Assembly: GCA_949294555.1 (NCBI GenBank)
Contig: CASFHP010000001.1
Span: 19,070 to 83,069 of the forward strand
Reading direction: 5' to 3'
Length of the DNA: 64,000 bases
Source of the DNA: an uncultured Eubacteriales bacterium
GTDB taxonomy: Bacteria > Bacillota > Clostridia > TANB77 > CAG-508
Position 1 is the first letter of the stretch. Every line of letters starts with the position of its first letter. Of the stretch, positions 25,175 through 36,016 are shown one piece after another. Below the pieces are notes generated by a model. It had not been told where the DNA came from, did not search any database, and saw nothing but the letters and a program-made list of their open reading frames with translations. Position numbers and translations under genes: made by a program.

Positions 25175-26886
25175 GAAAACCAATACATGAATTTATGAAA
25201 TTCACAGATTTAAGAGATATGTTAGAAAAATCAGGAGAGCTTTATGGGAATAGACCAGCTTATGTATTTAAGACGGAAGAAGAAGGAAAATTTAGAGAAA
25301 TTACGCATAAAGAATTTAGAGATGATGTAAAAGCTTTAGGTACCAAATTTGTAAATATGGGATTAAAAGATAAAAGAGTTGCAGTTATCTCAGAAAATAG
25401 ATATGAATGGGGAATTGTTTATTTAGCAGTAGTTAATGGAACAGGTGTTATTGTTCCATTAGACAAATCTTTGCCAGAAAATGAAATAGAAAGTCTAATT
25501 ATTCGTTCAGAAGTAGAAGCTATTGTGTATTCTGAAAAATACAACGATGTCATGAATAAAATAAAGAAAGAAAACAATACAAACGTAAAATACTTTATTT
25601 CAATGGATTTAGAAAAAGAAGAAAATGGTATATACTCTGAACATGAATTAATTAAACAAGGAAAAGAATTGCTAGAAGCAGGAAATAGAGAATTTTTAGA
25701 TGCAAAAATAGACCCAAAAAAAATGGCAATTATGTTATTTACATCAGGAACAACTGCTATGTCAAAAGCAGTTATGCTATCACATAAAAATATATGTGCA
25801 AACATCATGGATATCACATCTGTTTTGAGAATTTATGATACAGATAGATTTTTGTCTTTCTTGCCATTACATCACACATTTGAATGTACAACTGGATTTC
25901 TATATCCATTATCAAGAGGCTCTTCAATTGCATTTTGTGAAGGTATTAGACACATAGCAGATAACTTAAAAGAATATAAAGCAAGTGTCATGGTTTCTGT
26001 TCCAATTTTATTTGAAGCTATGTATAAAAAAGTAATGAAAACGATAGAAAAGAAAGGCAAACTAGAAACTGTACAAAAAGGGATTAAAATTAGTCAATTT
26101 TTATTAAAATTTGGAATAGATATTAGAAAAAAATTGTTTAAAGAAATTCATGATACTTTGGGCGGAAATATAAGAGTATTTGTTGCAGGAGGAGCCGCAC
26201 TTGACCCAGAAGCAGAAAAAGGATTTAATGAATTAGGATTTACATTGCGTCAAGGATATGGATTAACAGAAAGCTCACCAGTTATTTCTGTAGAAGATGA
26301 TAAGTATCAAAGACTAGGCTCTATCGGAAAAGCATTTCCAAGTTTAGATGTAAAAATAGAAGACCCAAATGAAGAAGGCATTGGAGAATTACTTGTAAAA
26401 GGTCCATCTGTTATGCTTGGATATTACAATAATGAAGAAGCAACAAAAGAAACAATAACAGAAGATGGATGGCTACATACAGGAGATTTAGCAAGAATTG
26501 ATAAAGATGGATTTATCTTTATTTCTGGAAGAAAGAAATTTGTAATAGTCCTAAAAAACGGAAAAAATATTTATCCAGAAGAAATTGAAACACTAATTAA
26601 TAAGATAGAAGGTGTAAAAGAATCTTTTGTCTATGGAAAACCAGAAGATGATGGGGATTATAAAATTTGTGCCAAAGTTGTGTATGACGAAGAATTAGTA
26701 GAAGAAGTATTTGGAACAAAAAATCCAGAAGAGTTAAAAGAAAAAATCTGGCAAGAAGTTAAGAAAATGAATAAAACAATGCCAGCATATAAATATGTAA
26801 GAGAAATTAGTGTAACAAATAAAGAACTAATCAAAACAACAACACAAAAGGTAAAAAGATTTGAAGAAATAAAGACAGTACTATAA
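25171..26886 (+). CDS. long-chain fatty acid-CoA ligase / AMP-binding enzyme
   Basis: AMP-binding motifs LFTSGTTAMSKAVMLSHKN, GYGLTESS, TGDLARIDKDGFIFISGRKK. Confidence 0.85.
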   Translation: MRKPIHEFMKFTDLRDMLEKSGELYGNRPAYVFKTEEEGKFREITHKEFRDDVKALGTKFVNMGLKDKRVAVISENRYEWGIVYLAVVNGTGVIVPLDKSLPENEIESLIIRSEVEAIVYSEKYNDVMNKIKKENNTNVKYFISMDLEKEENGIYSEHELIKQGKELLEAGNREFLDAKIDPKKMAIMLFTSGTTAMSKAVMLSHKNICANIMDITSVLRIYDTDRFLSFLPLHHTFECTTGFLYPLSRGSSIAFCEGIRHIADNLKEYKASVMVSVPILFEAMYKKVMKTIEKKGKLETVQKGIKISQFLLKFGIDIRKKLFKEIHDTLGGNIRVFVAGGAALDPEAEKGFNELGFTLRQGYGLTESSPVISVEDDKYQRLGSIGKAFPSLDVKIEDPNEEGIGELLVKGPSVMLGYYNNEEATKETITEDGWLHTGDLARIDKDGFIFISGRKKFVIVLKNGKNIYPEEIETLINKIEGVKESFVYGKPEDDGDYKICAKVVYDEELVEEVFGTKNPEELKEKIWQEVKKMNKTMPAYKYVREISVTNKELIKTTTQKVKRFEEIKTVL

Positions 26887-26892
26887 AAACAA

Positions 26893-26927
26893 AATGTTCA
26901 TTTGGAGACGTTTCCAATGGACATTTT
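26893..26927 (+). terminator. imperfect terminator hairpin after the acyl-CoA ligase gene
   Basis: AAAATGTTCATTTGGA..TCCAATGGACATTTT. The core TTGGAGACGTTTCC resembles the arm core of the 50384 element. Confidence 0.55.
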
Positions 26928-27117
26928 GTTCTTGTATAGGAAAAATCAAGTTTTTCCTATACAAGAACATCGCTTCGCTCTAACGATTGCACACAAATTT
27001 TACTAACGTAAAATTTGGCGCCGAACAATAACGCGGGATTTAAAATGTCATAAACAGATAAAATATAAAAAAAAGCCCGCTATTGTTCTTGTATAGAAAA
27101 AATGAAGTTTTTCCTAT
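26928..27117. repeat. composite intergenic repeat: 40-nt hairpin, GC-richer structured core, and a partial second copy of the hairpin arm
   Basis: GTTCTTGTATAGGAAAAA-TCAAG-TTTTTCCTATACAAGAAC (26928-26967). GTTCTTGTATAGAAAAAATGAAGTTTTTCCTAT recurs at 27085-27117. Core has GAACAATAACGCGGG / CCCGCTATTGTTC pairing. GAACATCGCTTCGCTCTAA recurs as GAACATCGCTTAGCTCTAA at ~53512. Confidence 0.7.
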
Positions 27118-27318
27118 TAAAAAAGCTATCATTTTTCTCTTACGGAATAAAGAAAATTAAAATAAAAATCAAAAAAGAAACAATGTAACAAAAATGTAAC
27201 AATTCTGTAACAAAAACTTAAAGAAAAAATCTTCCGTTAGGCTTGTAGTTTTTTGTAGGTTAATGTATAATTATAAATGTATAAAATCATATGCTTAAGA
27301 TAAAAGGAGGTAATTTAC

Positions 27319-28170
27319 ATGTCTAGGTCTGGCATAGTAAATGTGAGAATGGTTATCACTGAGGAGAAAATATTATCAAATATAGATAAAGTACATAAGC
27401 TAATTAATCCAAACAGTAAAAAACAAATTGTACAATTAGAAGATGATTCATATTTTAAAGATTTAATTGAATCTATCAAAACATATTTAATTGAATATCC
27501 AAAAAAGAAAAACTTTCCAGCAAGTGTTTATAAAGCAGCTTATGGATTAGTTGAATATGCAACAAATCAATTTGAAGAAAATACCAAAAAAATTGAAGAA
27601 TTAATTAGACAAAGAGAACAAAATATTGCTTTATCAGGAAGATTAAAAGAATTAATTGATGTTGTGGACAACAAAGAAAAAGATTGGAAAGATCAAGTAA
27701 AAAATGCAGAAGATGAATTTCCAGAAGATATTATTGATACACTAAATATTGTTGGGAAATCAAAAGGAAAAAAATCTCAAAATTACTTAGACGCAATGAA
27801 ATTATTAAATGCTAGAGTAACCAATCTTGAATCAAACTTACATATAGAAATTGATATGGAAAGAATAGAAGATAGGTCAAAAGCATTAAGCTATATAGGA
27901 ATTGAAGTAGCAGACGCATTGAAATCTATACCAACACCAGTAGAAGAAGTAACACCAGTTGTAGAACAAGTTCAAGCAGAACAAAATGTAGAGCAAGTAA
28001 ATGTAGCACAGCAACAATATGAACAATCAGTAACCTTTGAAAAGAAACCAAGTTTATGGCAAAGATTTAAAAATAGTAAACTTGTAAGAGCAATTAGATA
28101 TATTACAAAAATCAGAATTGTTATACAATACCCAGCATTACCAGAAGGAAAAGGTTCAGATAATTTTTAG
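27319..28170 (+). CDS. hypothetical protein (283 aa)
   Basis: Strong RBS AAAAGGAGG. No motif recognised. Confidence 0.55.
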   Translation: MSRSGIVNVRMVITEEKILSNIDKVHKLINPNSKKQIVQLEDDSYFKDLIESIKTYLIEYPKKKNFPASVYKAAYGLVEYATNQFEENTKKIEELIRQREQNIALSGRLKELIDVVDNKEKDWKDQVKNAEDEFPEDIIDTLNIVGKSKGKKSQNYLDAMKLLNARVTNLESNLHIEIDMERIEDRSKALSYIGIEVADALKSIPTPVEEVTPVVEQVQAEQNVEQVNVAQQQYEQSVTFEKKPSLWQRFKNSKLVRAIRYITKIRIVIQYPALPEGKGSDNF

Positions 28171-28248
28171 AAAGAAACTTGATAAAGTAGGAGTTAGTAT
28201 AAAAACTAACTCCTTATTAGATTATATAAATCTTTTTTTAAAAATGTC

Positions 28249-28277
28249 TTGACAACTGCATAAAAATAGTTTATACT
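28249..28277 (+). promoter_or_regulatory. sigma-A-type promoter for the tRNA pair (TTGACA-17-TATACT)
   Basis: TTGACA at 28249-28254, 17-nt spacer, TATACT at 28272-28277, about 34 nt upstream of the tRNA. Confidence 0.6.
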
Positions 28278-28310
28278 GTATCTTGCGTCAAGGAAAAAAA
28301 CTTTATATAT

Positions 28311-28387
28311 GCTCCCTTAGCTCAGTTGGTCAGAGCAACCGGCTCATAACCGGTGGGTCCAAGGTTCGAATCCTTGAGGGAGCACCA
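28311..28387 (+). tRNA. tRNA with CAT anticodon (Met, or Ile2 if lysidine-modified), CCA encoded
   Basis: Acceptor GCTCCCT/AGGGAGC, D-arm AGCTCAGTTGGTCAGAGC, anticodon loop CT-CAT-AA, T-arm GGTTCGAATCC. Confidence 0.9.
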
Positions 28388-28404
28388 TTTTAAAAAATAT
28401 ATAT

Positions 28405-28490
28405 GGGTAGGTGGCCGAGTGGCTAAAGGCGGCAGACTGTAAATCTGTTCTCATTTGAGTACGAAGGTTCGAATCCTTCCCTGCCCACCA
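28405..28490 (+). tRNA. tRNA-Tyr (GTA), long variable arm, CCA encoded
   Basis: Acceptor GGGTAGG/CCTGCCC, anticodon loop CT-GTA-AA, long variable arm, T-arm GGTTCGAATCC. Confidence 0.9.
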
Positions 28491-28574
28491 AGACGAGTTT
28501 TTGTCGAACTCTATGTAATACTTGATATAACTTGATTTCAAGATTATGAGAATTTGACAACACAAAAACTTTAA

Positions 28575-28605
28575 ACCGTTTCAAAAAAGAAGCGGTCTTT
28601 TTTTG
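28575..28605 (+). terminator. rho-independent terminator after the tRNAs
   Basis: ACCGTTTC-AAAAAA-GAAGCGGT followed by CTTTTTTT. Confidence 0.7.
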
Positions 28606-29099
28606 ACCAAAAATATTGAAAAAAGGAGGTTTTTGTGGTATTATGTTACAAATAACAAAAAAAGAAATCAATATGAGTAAGTAATTACTCTCTAAAATCG
28701 AATGGGCGTGCCGTTTAAAATTTAAAGGAAAAGAACAGCCACAAATAATAAATGGTTGTTTAAGAATTATTGACCATAGCAATTTAGCGTATGTAGAGCC
28801 CCATAGAGTAATTATTAAAGATAGCTTGTACCTATTCTTTAATGAACACGATTATTTCTATGTAAATGATTTAAGTACAAAGTATCCGTTATCCAAATTA
28901 CAAGAACATATCAGCGGAAATACATAACATAGAACGGCAAAGCATTTTAGAGTTTTTAAAAAATTATACTATATTGGTTTATTTGTGTTATTAAAAAAGA
29001 AAATTAAAGAGATAGTAATAATAAATATAAAAACTCTAAAAGTGCTAATAGCTAAAACTATGCTATGTGGCACTTTTTTAGTTGCATTTCTATTCATAA

Positions 29100-30942
<1,843 letters not shown>

Positions 30943-30970
30943 AAAAATTTAATAAATGGAGGAATTGAAA

Positions 30971-31363
30971 ATGGAAAATAAAGAATTAAAAGAAAACAAA
31001 ATCGAAAATAAATATGGAATTGAATACACAAAAGTTGGAGATTATTTTATGCCTAATTTAGTTTTAGAGAAAGAAGAAAAAATTATATTAAATAAATATG
31101 GAAGAATGAGATTAAAATTTTTAAAAGAAAACAGGAAAGCAGAGTACACAATAATGTTTATGAATGGAACTTTGAATAGACATTTAAAAGAGATTCAAGA
31201 AATAGCAGACAATAGAATTAATCTTATAGTTGAACAATTAAAAAAGAAAAATAATTTAACAGAAGAAATGAAAAATACAGAACAATTATATTGGTTTAGT
31301 ATGATGAATAATTTTAAGAATATAGCAGAAGAAATTATATTAAAAGAACTAATATATGCATAA
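30971..31363 (+). CDS. tnpV: TnpV-like transposon protein
   Basis: ..YTKVGDYFMPNL.LEKEE...LNKYGRMRLKFLKENRKAEYTIMFMNGTLNRHLKEIQEIADNR..QLYWFSMMNNFKNIAEEIILKELIY follows the TnpV family pattern of Tn4451-like elements. Confidence 0.65.
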   Translation: MENKELKENKIENKYGIEYTKVGDYFMPNLVLEKEEKIILNKYGRMRLKFLKENRKAEYTIMFMNGTLNRHLKEIQEIADNRINLIVEQLKKKNNLTEEMKNTEQLYWFSMMNNFKNIAEEIILKELIYA

Positions 31364-31606
31364 GAAATTACTGGTAGGAGCAAATAGGCAAATGTATTGC
31401 CAAATTTAATGTCTATAAGTGTAGCGAGCATAGGTTTTGTATTGCCACAAAACCGACAGCTTATGCTGAAAGGGGAAAATCTTCCCCTATAACCCCTACC
31501 TTATGAAACAAAAAAATAGAAATTAAAATTGAATAAGAAATTAAAAATTTTTTAAAAGATTTTATAAAAAATAGAATGGGAATTTATAAAAAGGAAGTGA
31601 AAAATT

Positions 31607-31930
31607 ATGAGAAATAGAACAATAGGAATTAATGTTAGAGTGAGTGAAAATGAGAAGAAAAAATTACAAAGAAATGCTAAAAAAAGTAACTTGAATTTGT
31701 CAGCTTATTTAAGAAAATCAGGATTGCAAAAAGAAATTTATTCAATACCAGATGAAGAACTTCGTAAAATTTACAATGGAATTGTTGAATTAAAAAATGA
31801 GTTTTCTTATATGAGTGATGAAGAAATAAAAGACAAGATAACAAAAATGCAAAGTGATTTTTTAGACATTTACAATTACAAAAAAGATGGAGATGATGTG
31901 AGTGGCAACAACGAAAATATGGGCAATTAA
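31607..31930 (+). CDS. mobC: MobC-like relaxosome accessory protein (ribbon-helix-helix)
   Basis: RTIGINVRVSENEKKKLQRNAKKSNLNLSAYLRKSGL is a MobC signature. Overlaps the relaxase start. Confidence 0.7.
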   Translation: MRNRTIGINVRVSENEKKKLQRNAKKSNLNLSAYLRKSGLQKEIYSIPDEELRKIYNGIVELKNEFSYMSDEEIKDKITKMQSDFLDIYNYKKDGDDVSGNNENMGN

Positions 31931-33275
31931 AGATAGTATCTCTCGAGTAATAAGCTATGCAAAAAATCCAGAAAAGACAACATTTTCTGATTTAAAACAA
32001 GTATTAAAATATGCAGAAAATGATGAGAAAACCATAGATAAAAATGAGAAGACTATGTATGTAACAGGAGTAAATTGTAAAGCCAAAACAGCTTATGAAG
32101 AAATGACAGTAATACAAAATAGATTTGATAAAATTACAGGAAATGTTGCATATCACGCATACCAAAGTTTTAAAACAGGAGAAGTTTCGCCAGAATTAGC
32201 ACACAAAATCGGAGTAGAATTAGCAGAAAAGATGTGGAGTGAATATCAAGTAGTAGTTGCAACACACTTTAATACTGGCACATATCATAATCATTTTGTG
32301 GTAAATTCAGTAAATATGTTTACAGGAAAGAAGTTTAATTGTAACAAAGAAGCATATTATCATTTCAGAGAGTTATCAGATGAACTATGTAGAGAATATG
32401 GACTAACAATTATTGAAAAGCCAAAAGGAAAAACACCAAGAAATATATACTTTGCAGAAAAACGAGGAGAGCCAACGAAATATAATCTAATGAGACAAGC
32501 TATGGATGAAGCAATGGGAATGTGTGTAACTTATTCACAATTTAAAAAGATAATGTATAAAAAAGGCTATATTATAAATGATGATAATAATCGAAAGTAT
32601 CCTACAATTCGTTCAATGAATGATAAAAAAGCAGTAAGAATGTATCAGTTAGGAGAAAAGTATTTGCCGAAAAATATTGCAGAAAGAGTTTTTCAAAATC
32701 CATATTATGTGCAAGATGAATATTATAAATTGATAAAACCAAAAAAGAATTATACAAAATATAAAGTTTATAAATATAAAGGAAATTTAAAAGATATTAG
32801 TAAAATGAGTGGAATTGATGTACTTTTTATATTACTATTTCATTTATTAGGCTTAATACCAAAACGAGAAAATTACAAACCACTATCTCCAGAAATGAAA
32901 CAAGAAGTCAGAAAAATGCAACGATATACTAATGAAATTAGACTTATTGTGACAGGAAAATTAAAAACATTTGATGATGTAAAAAACTATATTTCACAAA
33001 CTGAAAAAGATATAGAAAGTGTTATCAATTTAAGACAAAAATATAGAAATAAGCTAAGAAATTGTACAGATGATATTCTAATAAAAGAATACAAAACAAA
33101 GCGAGATGAATGTACTACTATGCTAGATAAATATAGAAAAAATCTAAAAATAGCAAATTATATTTTAGAAGATACACCAAAAGTTAAAGAAGTTATAAAA
33201 ATTGAAACACAAATGAAGAGAACTCAAGAAGATATTACCAAAACAGAGAAAAAGGATAGGAATTTAAACAGATAA
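31902..33275 (+). CDS. relaxase/mobilization nuclease (MobA/VirD2-type)
   Basis: GTG start. ..AIKDSISRVISYAKNPEKT..HAYQSFKTGEVSPELAHKIGVELAEKMW..VVVATHFNTGTYHNHFVVNSV is a histidine-triad-type relaxase motif. Confidence 0.8.
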   Translation: MATTKIWAIKDSISRVISYAKNPEKTTFSDLKQVLKYAENDEKTIDKNEKTMYVTGVNCKAKTAYEEMTVIQNRFDKITGNVAYHAYQSFKTGEVSPELAHKIGVELAEKMWSEYQVVVATHFNTGTYHNHFVVNSVNMFTGKKFNCNKEAYYHFRELSDELCREYGLTIIEKPKGKTPRNIYFAEKRGEPTKYNLMRQAMDEAMGMCVTYSQFKKIMYKKGYIINDDNNRKYPTIRSMNDKKAVRMYQLGEKYLPKNIAERVFQNPYYVQDEYYKLIKPKKNYTKYKVYKYKGNLKDISKMSGIDVLFILLFHLLGLIPKRENYKPLSPEMKQEVRKMQRYTNEIRLIVTGKLKTFDDVKNYISQTEKDIESVINLRQKYRNKLRNCTDDILIKEYKTKRDECTTMLDKYRKNLKIANYILEDTPKVKEVIKIETQMKRTQEDITKTEKKDRNLNR

Positions 33276-33428
33276 TAATACAAAGAGGTTGTTATATATA
33301 AAAGTGGCAATCTCTTTTATATTAATTTCTGGAAATAATTGTTTTTATACGGATTTTATGATATAAATAAGGAAAATACGAAATTTGCGACGTTTTTATA
33401 GCAAGTTTTAAAACGGAGGAAAATAAGA

Positions 33429-33998
33429 ATGGATAAAAAAACTATTATGATTGATATGGATGAAGTTATTGTAGTAGGGAATTTCTCAAATTATTTAATA
33501 GAATTTTTAGGAAAAGTAGATTTTGACAAACTACATAGTCAATATAGACAAGATTTAATAAAAGGAAAAGAGGAAGAATTTAAGACAATATATAAATATA
33601 AAAATTTATATAAAAATAATAATGGAGACTATATTGAGCCATTACCTAATTGTATAGAAGTAATCAAAGAATTAAATGAAAAATATGATGTTTATATTGC
33701 TACAACTTATATTTGGAAAGAAGATGTAATTGATGCAGCTACTAATTTAAAAAATAAATTTGAGTATTTACATTATTGGCTTCCTTTTATTGATACAAAT
33801 AATTTTATATTTATGACAGACAAAACAAAAATAAAATATGACATAGGAATTGATGATAGAGTATCAAATTTAGAAAATTGTGATAAAAAGTTATTATTTA
33901 CAGAATTTAGAAATAAAAAATTAACTGATAACGAACTTAAAGCTAAAGGAATAGTAAGAGTAAACAATTGGTTAGATGTAAAAGAAGAATTGATATAA
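33429..33998 (+). CDS. HAD-superfamily 5'(3')-deoxyribonucleotidase-like protein (NT5C-like)
   Basis: DxD motif in IMIDMDEVIV, later GIDDR. Size (189 aa) and layout resemble YorS/NT5C-type nucleotidases. Confidence 0.55.
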   Translation: MDKKTIMIDMDEVIVVGNFSNYLIEFLGKVDFDKLHSQYRQDLIKGKEEEFKTIYKYKNLYKNNNGDYIEPLPNCIEVIKELNEKYDVYIATTYIWKEDVIDAATNLKNKFEYLHYWLPFIDTNNFIFMTDKTKIKYDIGIDDRVSNLENCDKKLLFTEFRNKKLTDNELKAKGIVRVNNWLDVKEELI

Positions 33999-34047
33999 TT
34001 AAAGATATAAGGGATTCAGAATATATATAGGATTGGAGAGAAATATT

Positions 34048-34539
34048 ATGGACAAGCCAATAAGAAAGGCAGTACGATGCTATTTAATAAAAGACAATGA
34101 AGTAGTAGTAACAAAATATAAAAAAGGTAATAAAAAAGAAGGATATTACGATATACCTGGAGGCAAAATTGAGGAAGGAGAAAGCCCAAAACAAACAGCA
34201 ATAAGAGAAATGAAAGAAGAAACAGGAATAGAAATACAAAATTTAAAATATAAAGGAATTATGATAATAGAATATCCAAATAGAATGTTTATATTTGACA
34301 CATTTATCTCTAAGGAATATGAAGGAGAACCACAGGAGTTTGAGGAAAATACGTCAGAGTGGATAGATATAGATGAATTATTGAAAAAAGAAAAAATATT
34401 GTCGAATATAATATTATTAGATAAATTTCTTATAAAAGGATTAATAGATGATAATCGCGATTTTAACTTACATATAAAAGTAGATGAACAAGAGAATATT
34501 TTAGAAATAGACTATAAATTAGAAAAAAATAATAATTAA
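34048..34539 (+). CDS. NUDIX hydrolase (MutT-like)
   Basis: Nudix box GGKIEEGESPKQTAIREMKEETGIE. Start at ATG 34048 after GGAGAG. Confidence 0.8.
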   Translation: MDKPIRKAVRCYLIKDNEVVVTKYKKGNKKEGYYDIPGGKIEEGESPKQTAIREMKEETGIEIQNLKYKGIMIIEYPNRMFIFDTFISKEYEGEPQEFEENTSEWIDIDELLKKEKILSNIILLDKFLIKGLIDDNRDFNLHIKVDEQENILEIDYKLEKNNN

Positions 34540-34568
34540 AAATAAAATAGAATGGAGGTCATAAAAAA

Positions 34569-35405
34569 ATGAAAATAGCAGTTATTTCAGATATACATGG
34601 GAATTTAGAAGCATTAAAAGCAACTCTAAACGATATAGAAAAAAGAAAAGTAGATAAAATCATATGTTTAGGAGATATAATAGCAAAAGGAGTACATCCT
34701 AAAGAATGTATATCATTAATAAGAACAAACTGCGAAATAGTATTACAAGGGAACTGTGATGTCCATTTTTCAACAGAGCATAAGAATATTGAGGAAATGA
34801 ATGAGCAAGAGAAAAAAAGAATAAAATGGAATCAATCATTAATAGATAAAGAGGATAGAGAATATTTATTAAATTTACCGTTTTGCTATGAACTATATAT
34901 GAGTGGTAGTTTAATAAGATTATTTCATGCAACACCTACTGTTAATAATAAAGCAATATTAAATGTTGATAGTATTGAAACAAAATATCAAATGTTTTTA
35001 CCAAGTGAAAAAACACTATCTCAAGATATTGCAGATGTTGTAATATATGGTCATATTCATCATCCATATATGGACAGAATATACAATAAAACTATAATAA
35101 ATGTAGGAAGTGTAGGAAATTCTTTCGATGTTATAAGGAATAAAAATAAAGATAGCGACGTGTTAGAAACTACGAAAAGTAATTATCTAATAATTGAAGG
35201 AGAATACGGAAGTAGAGAATATTCGTCCGATATTTCTTTTCAGTTTATAAAAGTGCCTTATGATATTGACATGGAATTGGAAGATGAAAATTTGAATATT
35301 GAAAAAGAAAACTATAGATTTGAGTTAAAACAAGGTATGTATAGAGATATGACTAAAATTAACGAAAATTTTAAAAAATTAGGAATAGATGTGGATAAAA
35401 TTTAA
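34569..35405 (+). CDS. metallophosphoesterase (calcineurin-like; ApaH/PrpE-like)
   Basis: Motifs ISDIHGN, LGDIIAKG, GNCD, GHIHHP, and an approximately 80-aa C-terminal extension. Confidence 0.75.
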   Translation: MKIAVISDIHGNLEALKATLNDIEKRKVDKIICLGDIIAKGVHPKECISLIRTNCEIVLQGNCDVHFSTEHKNIEEMNEQEKKRIKWNQSLIDKEDREYLLNLPFCYELYMSGSLIRLFHATPTVNNKAILNVDSIETKYQMFLPSEKTLSQDIADVVIYGHIHHPYMDRIYNKTIINVGSVGNSFDVIRNKNKDSDVLETTKSNYLIIEGEYGSREYSSDISFQFIKVPYDIDMELEDENLNIEKENYRFELKQGMYRDMTKINENFKKLGIDVDKI

Positions 35406-35419
35406 GGAGGAAAATTGCA

Positions 35420-35851
35420 ATGGAAATTATTGTAGGAGGAATCATTGAAAAAGACAATAAAATATTAATGGTAAAAGAGGCAAAAAAGAAATGTTATGGA
35501 AAATGGAATGTGCCTGCAGGACATTTAGAAGATGGAGAAACAATATTCGAAGGAGCTATTAGAGAAATATTTGAAGAAACAGGATGTAAAGTTAGATTGA
35601 AAAATGTACTTCCAATAATAAATAAAGAATTGGAAAATGTTAAATTTTTATTAATAACTTTTACAACAGAATTATTAGAAGAGAATATATCTTTTAACAA
35701 AGAAGAAATTTTAGATGTAAAATGGATTTTAAAAGAAGAGTTAAAAAATATGACAAGTGAAAACTTAAGAGATGAGAAATTAATAAAAAGTACATTAAAA
35801 ATGCTTGAAGAAAATAAATTATATCCTTTAGATGTAATAGAAGTATTATAA
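35420..35851 (+). CDS. NUDIX hydrolase (second copy, divergent)
   Basis: Nudix box AGHLEDGETIFEGAIREIFEETGCK. Confidence 0.8.
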   Translation: MEIIVGGIIEKDNKILMVKEAKKKCYGKWNVPAGHLEDGETIFEGAIREIFEETGCKVRLKNVLPIINKELENVKFLLITFTTELLEENISFNKEEILDVKWILKEELKNMTSENLRDEKLIKSTLKMLEENKLYPLDVIEVL

Positions 35852-36016
35852 TATATCAATTTATGGAAATAACTAAAACGAGATGATTGATTTTAGAAAA
35901 GCAGAGGAAAGCTTCGAAGAATATTAAAAAGATTATGATTTAGAAAATAGCAGTTAAAAAATATACATAGAAAAACTAAAATGGTATGAAAATTGAAAGT
36001 GAGGCAAGTAAAAAAT

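Noticed and set aside
28344-28782. Minus-strand ORFs 28344..28565 and 28423..28782
   Set aside because: They overlap the two tRNA genes and their terminator on the opposite strand and have no RBS, so they are spurious.
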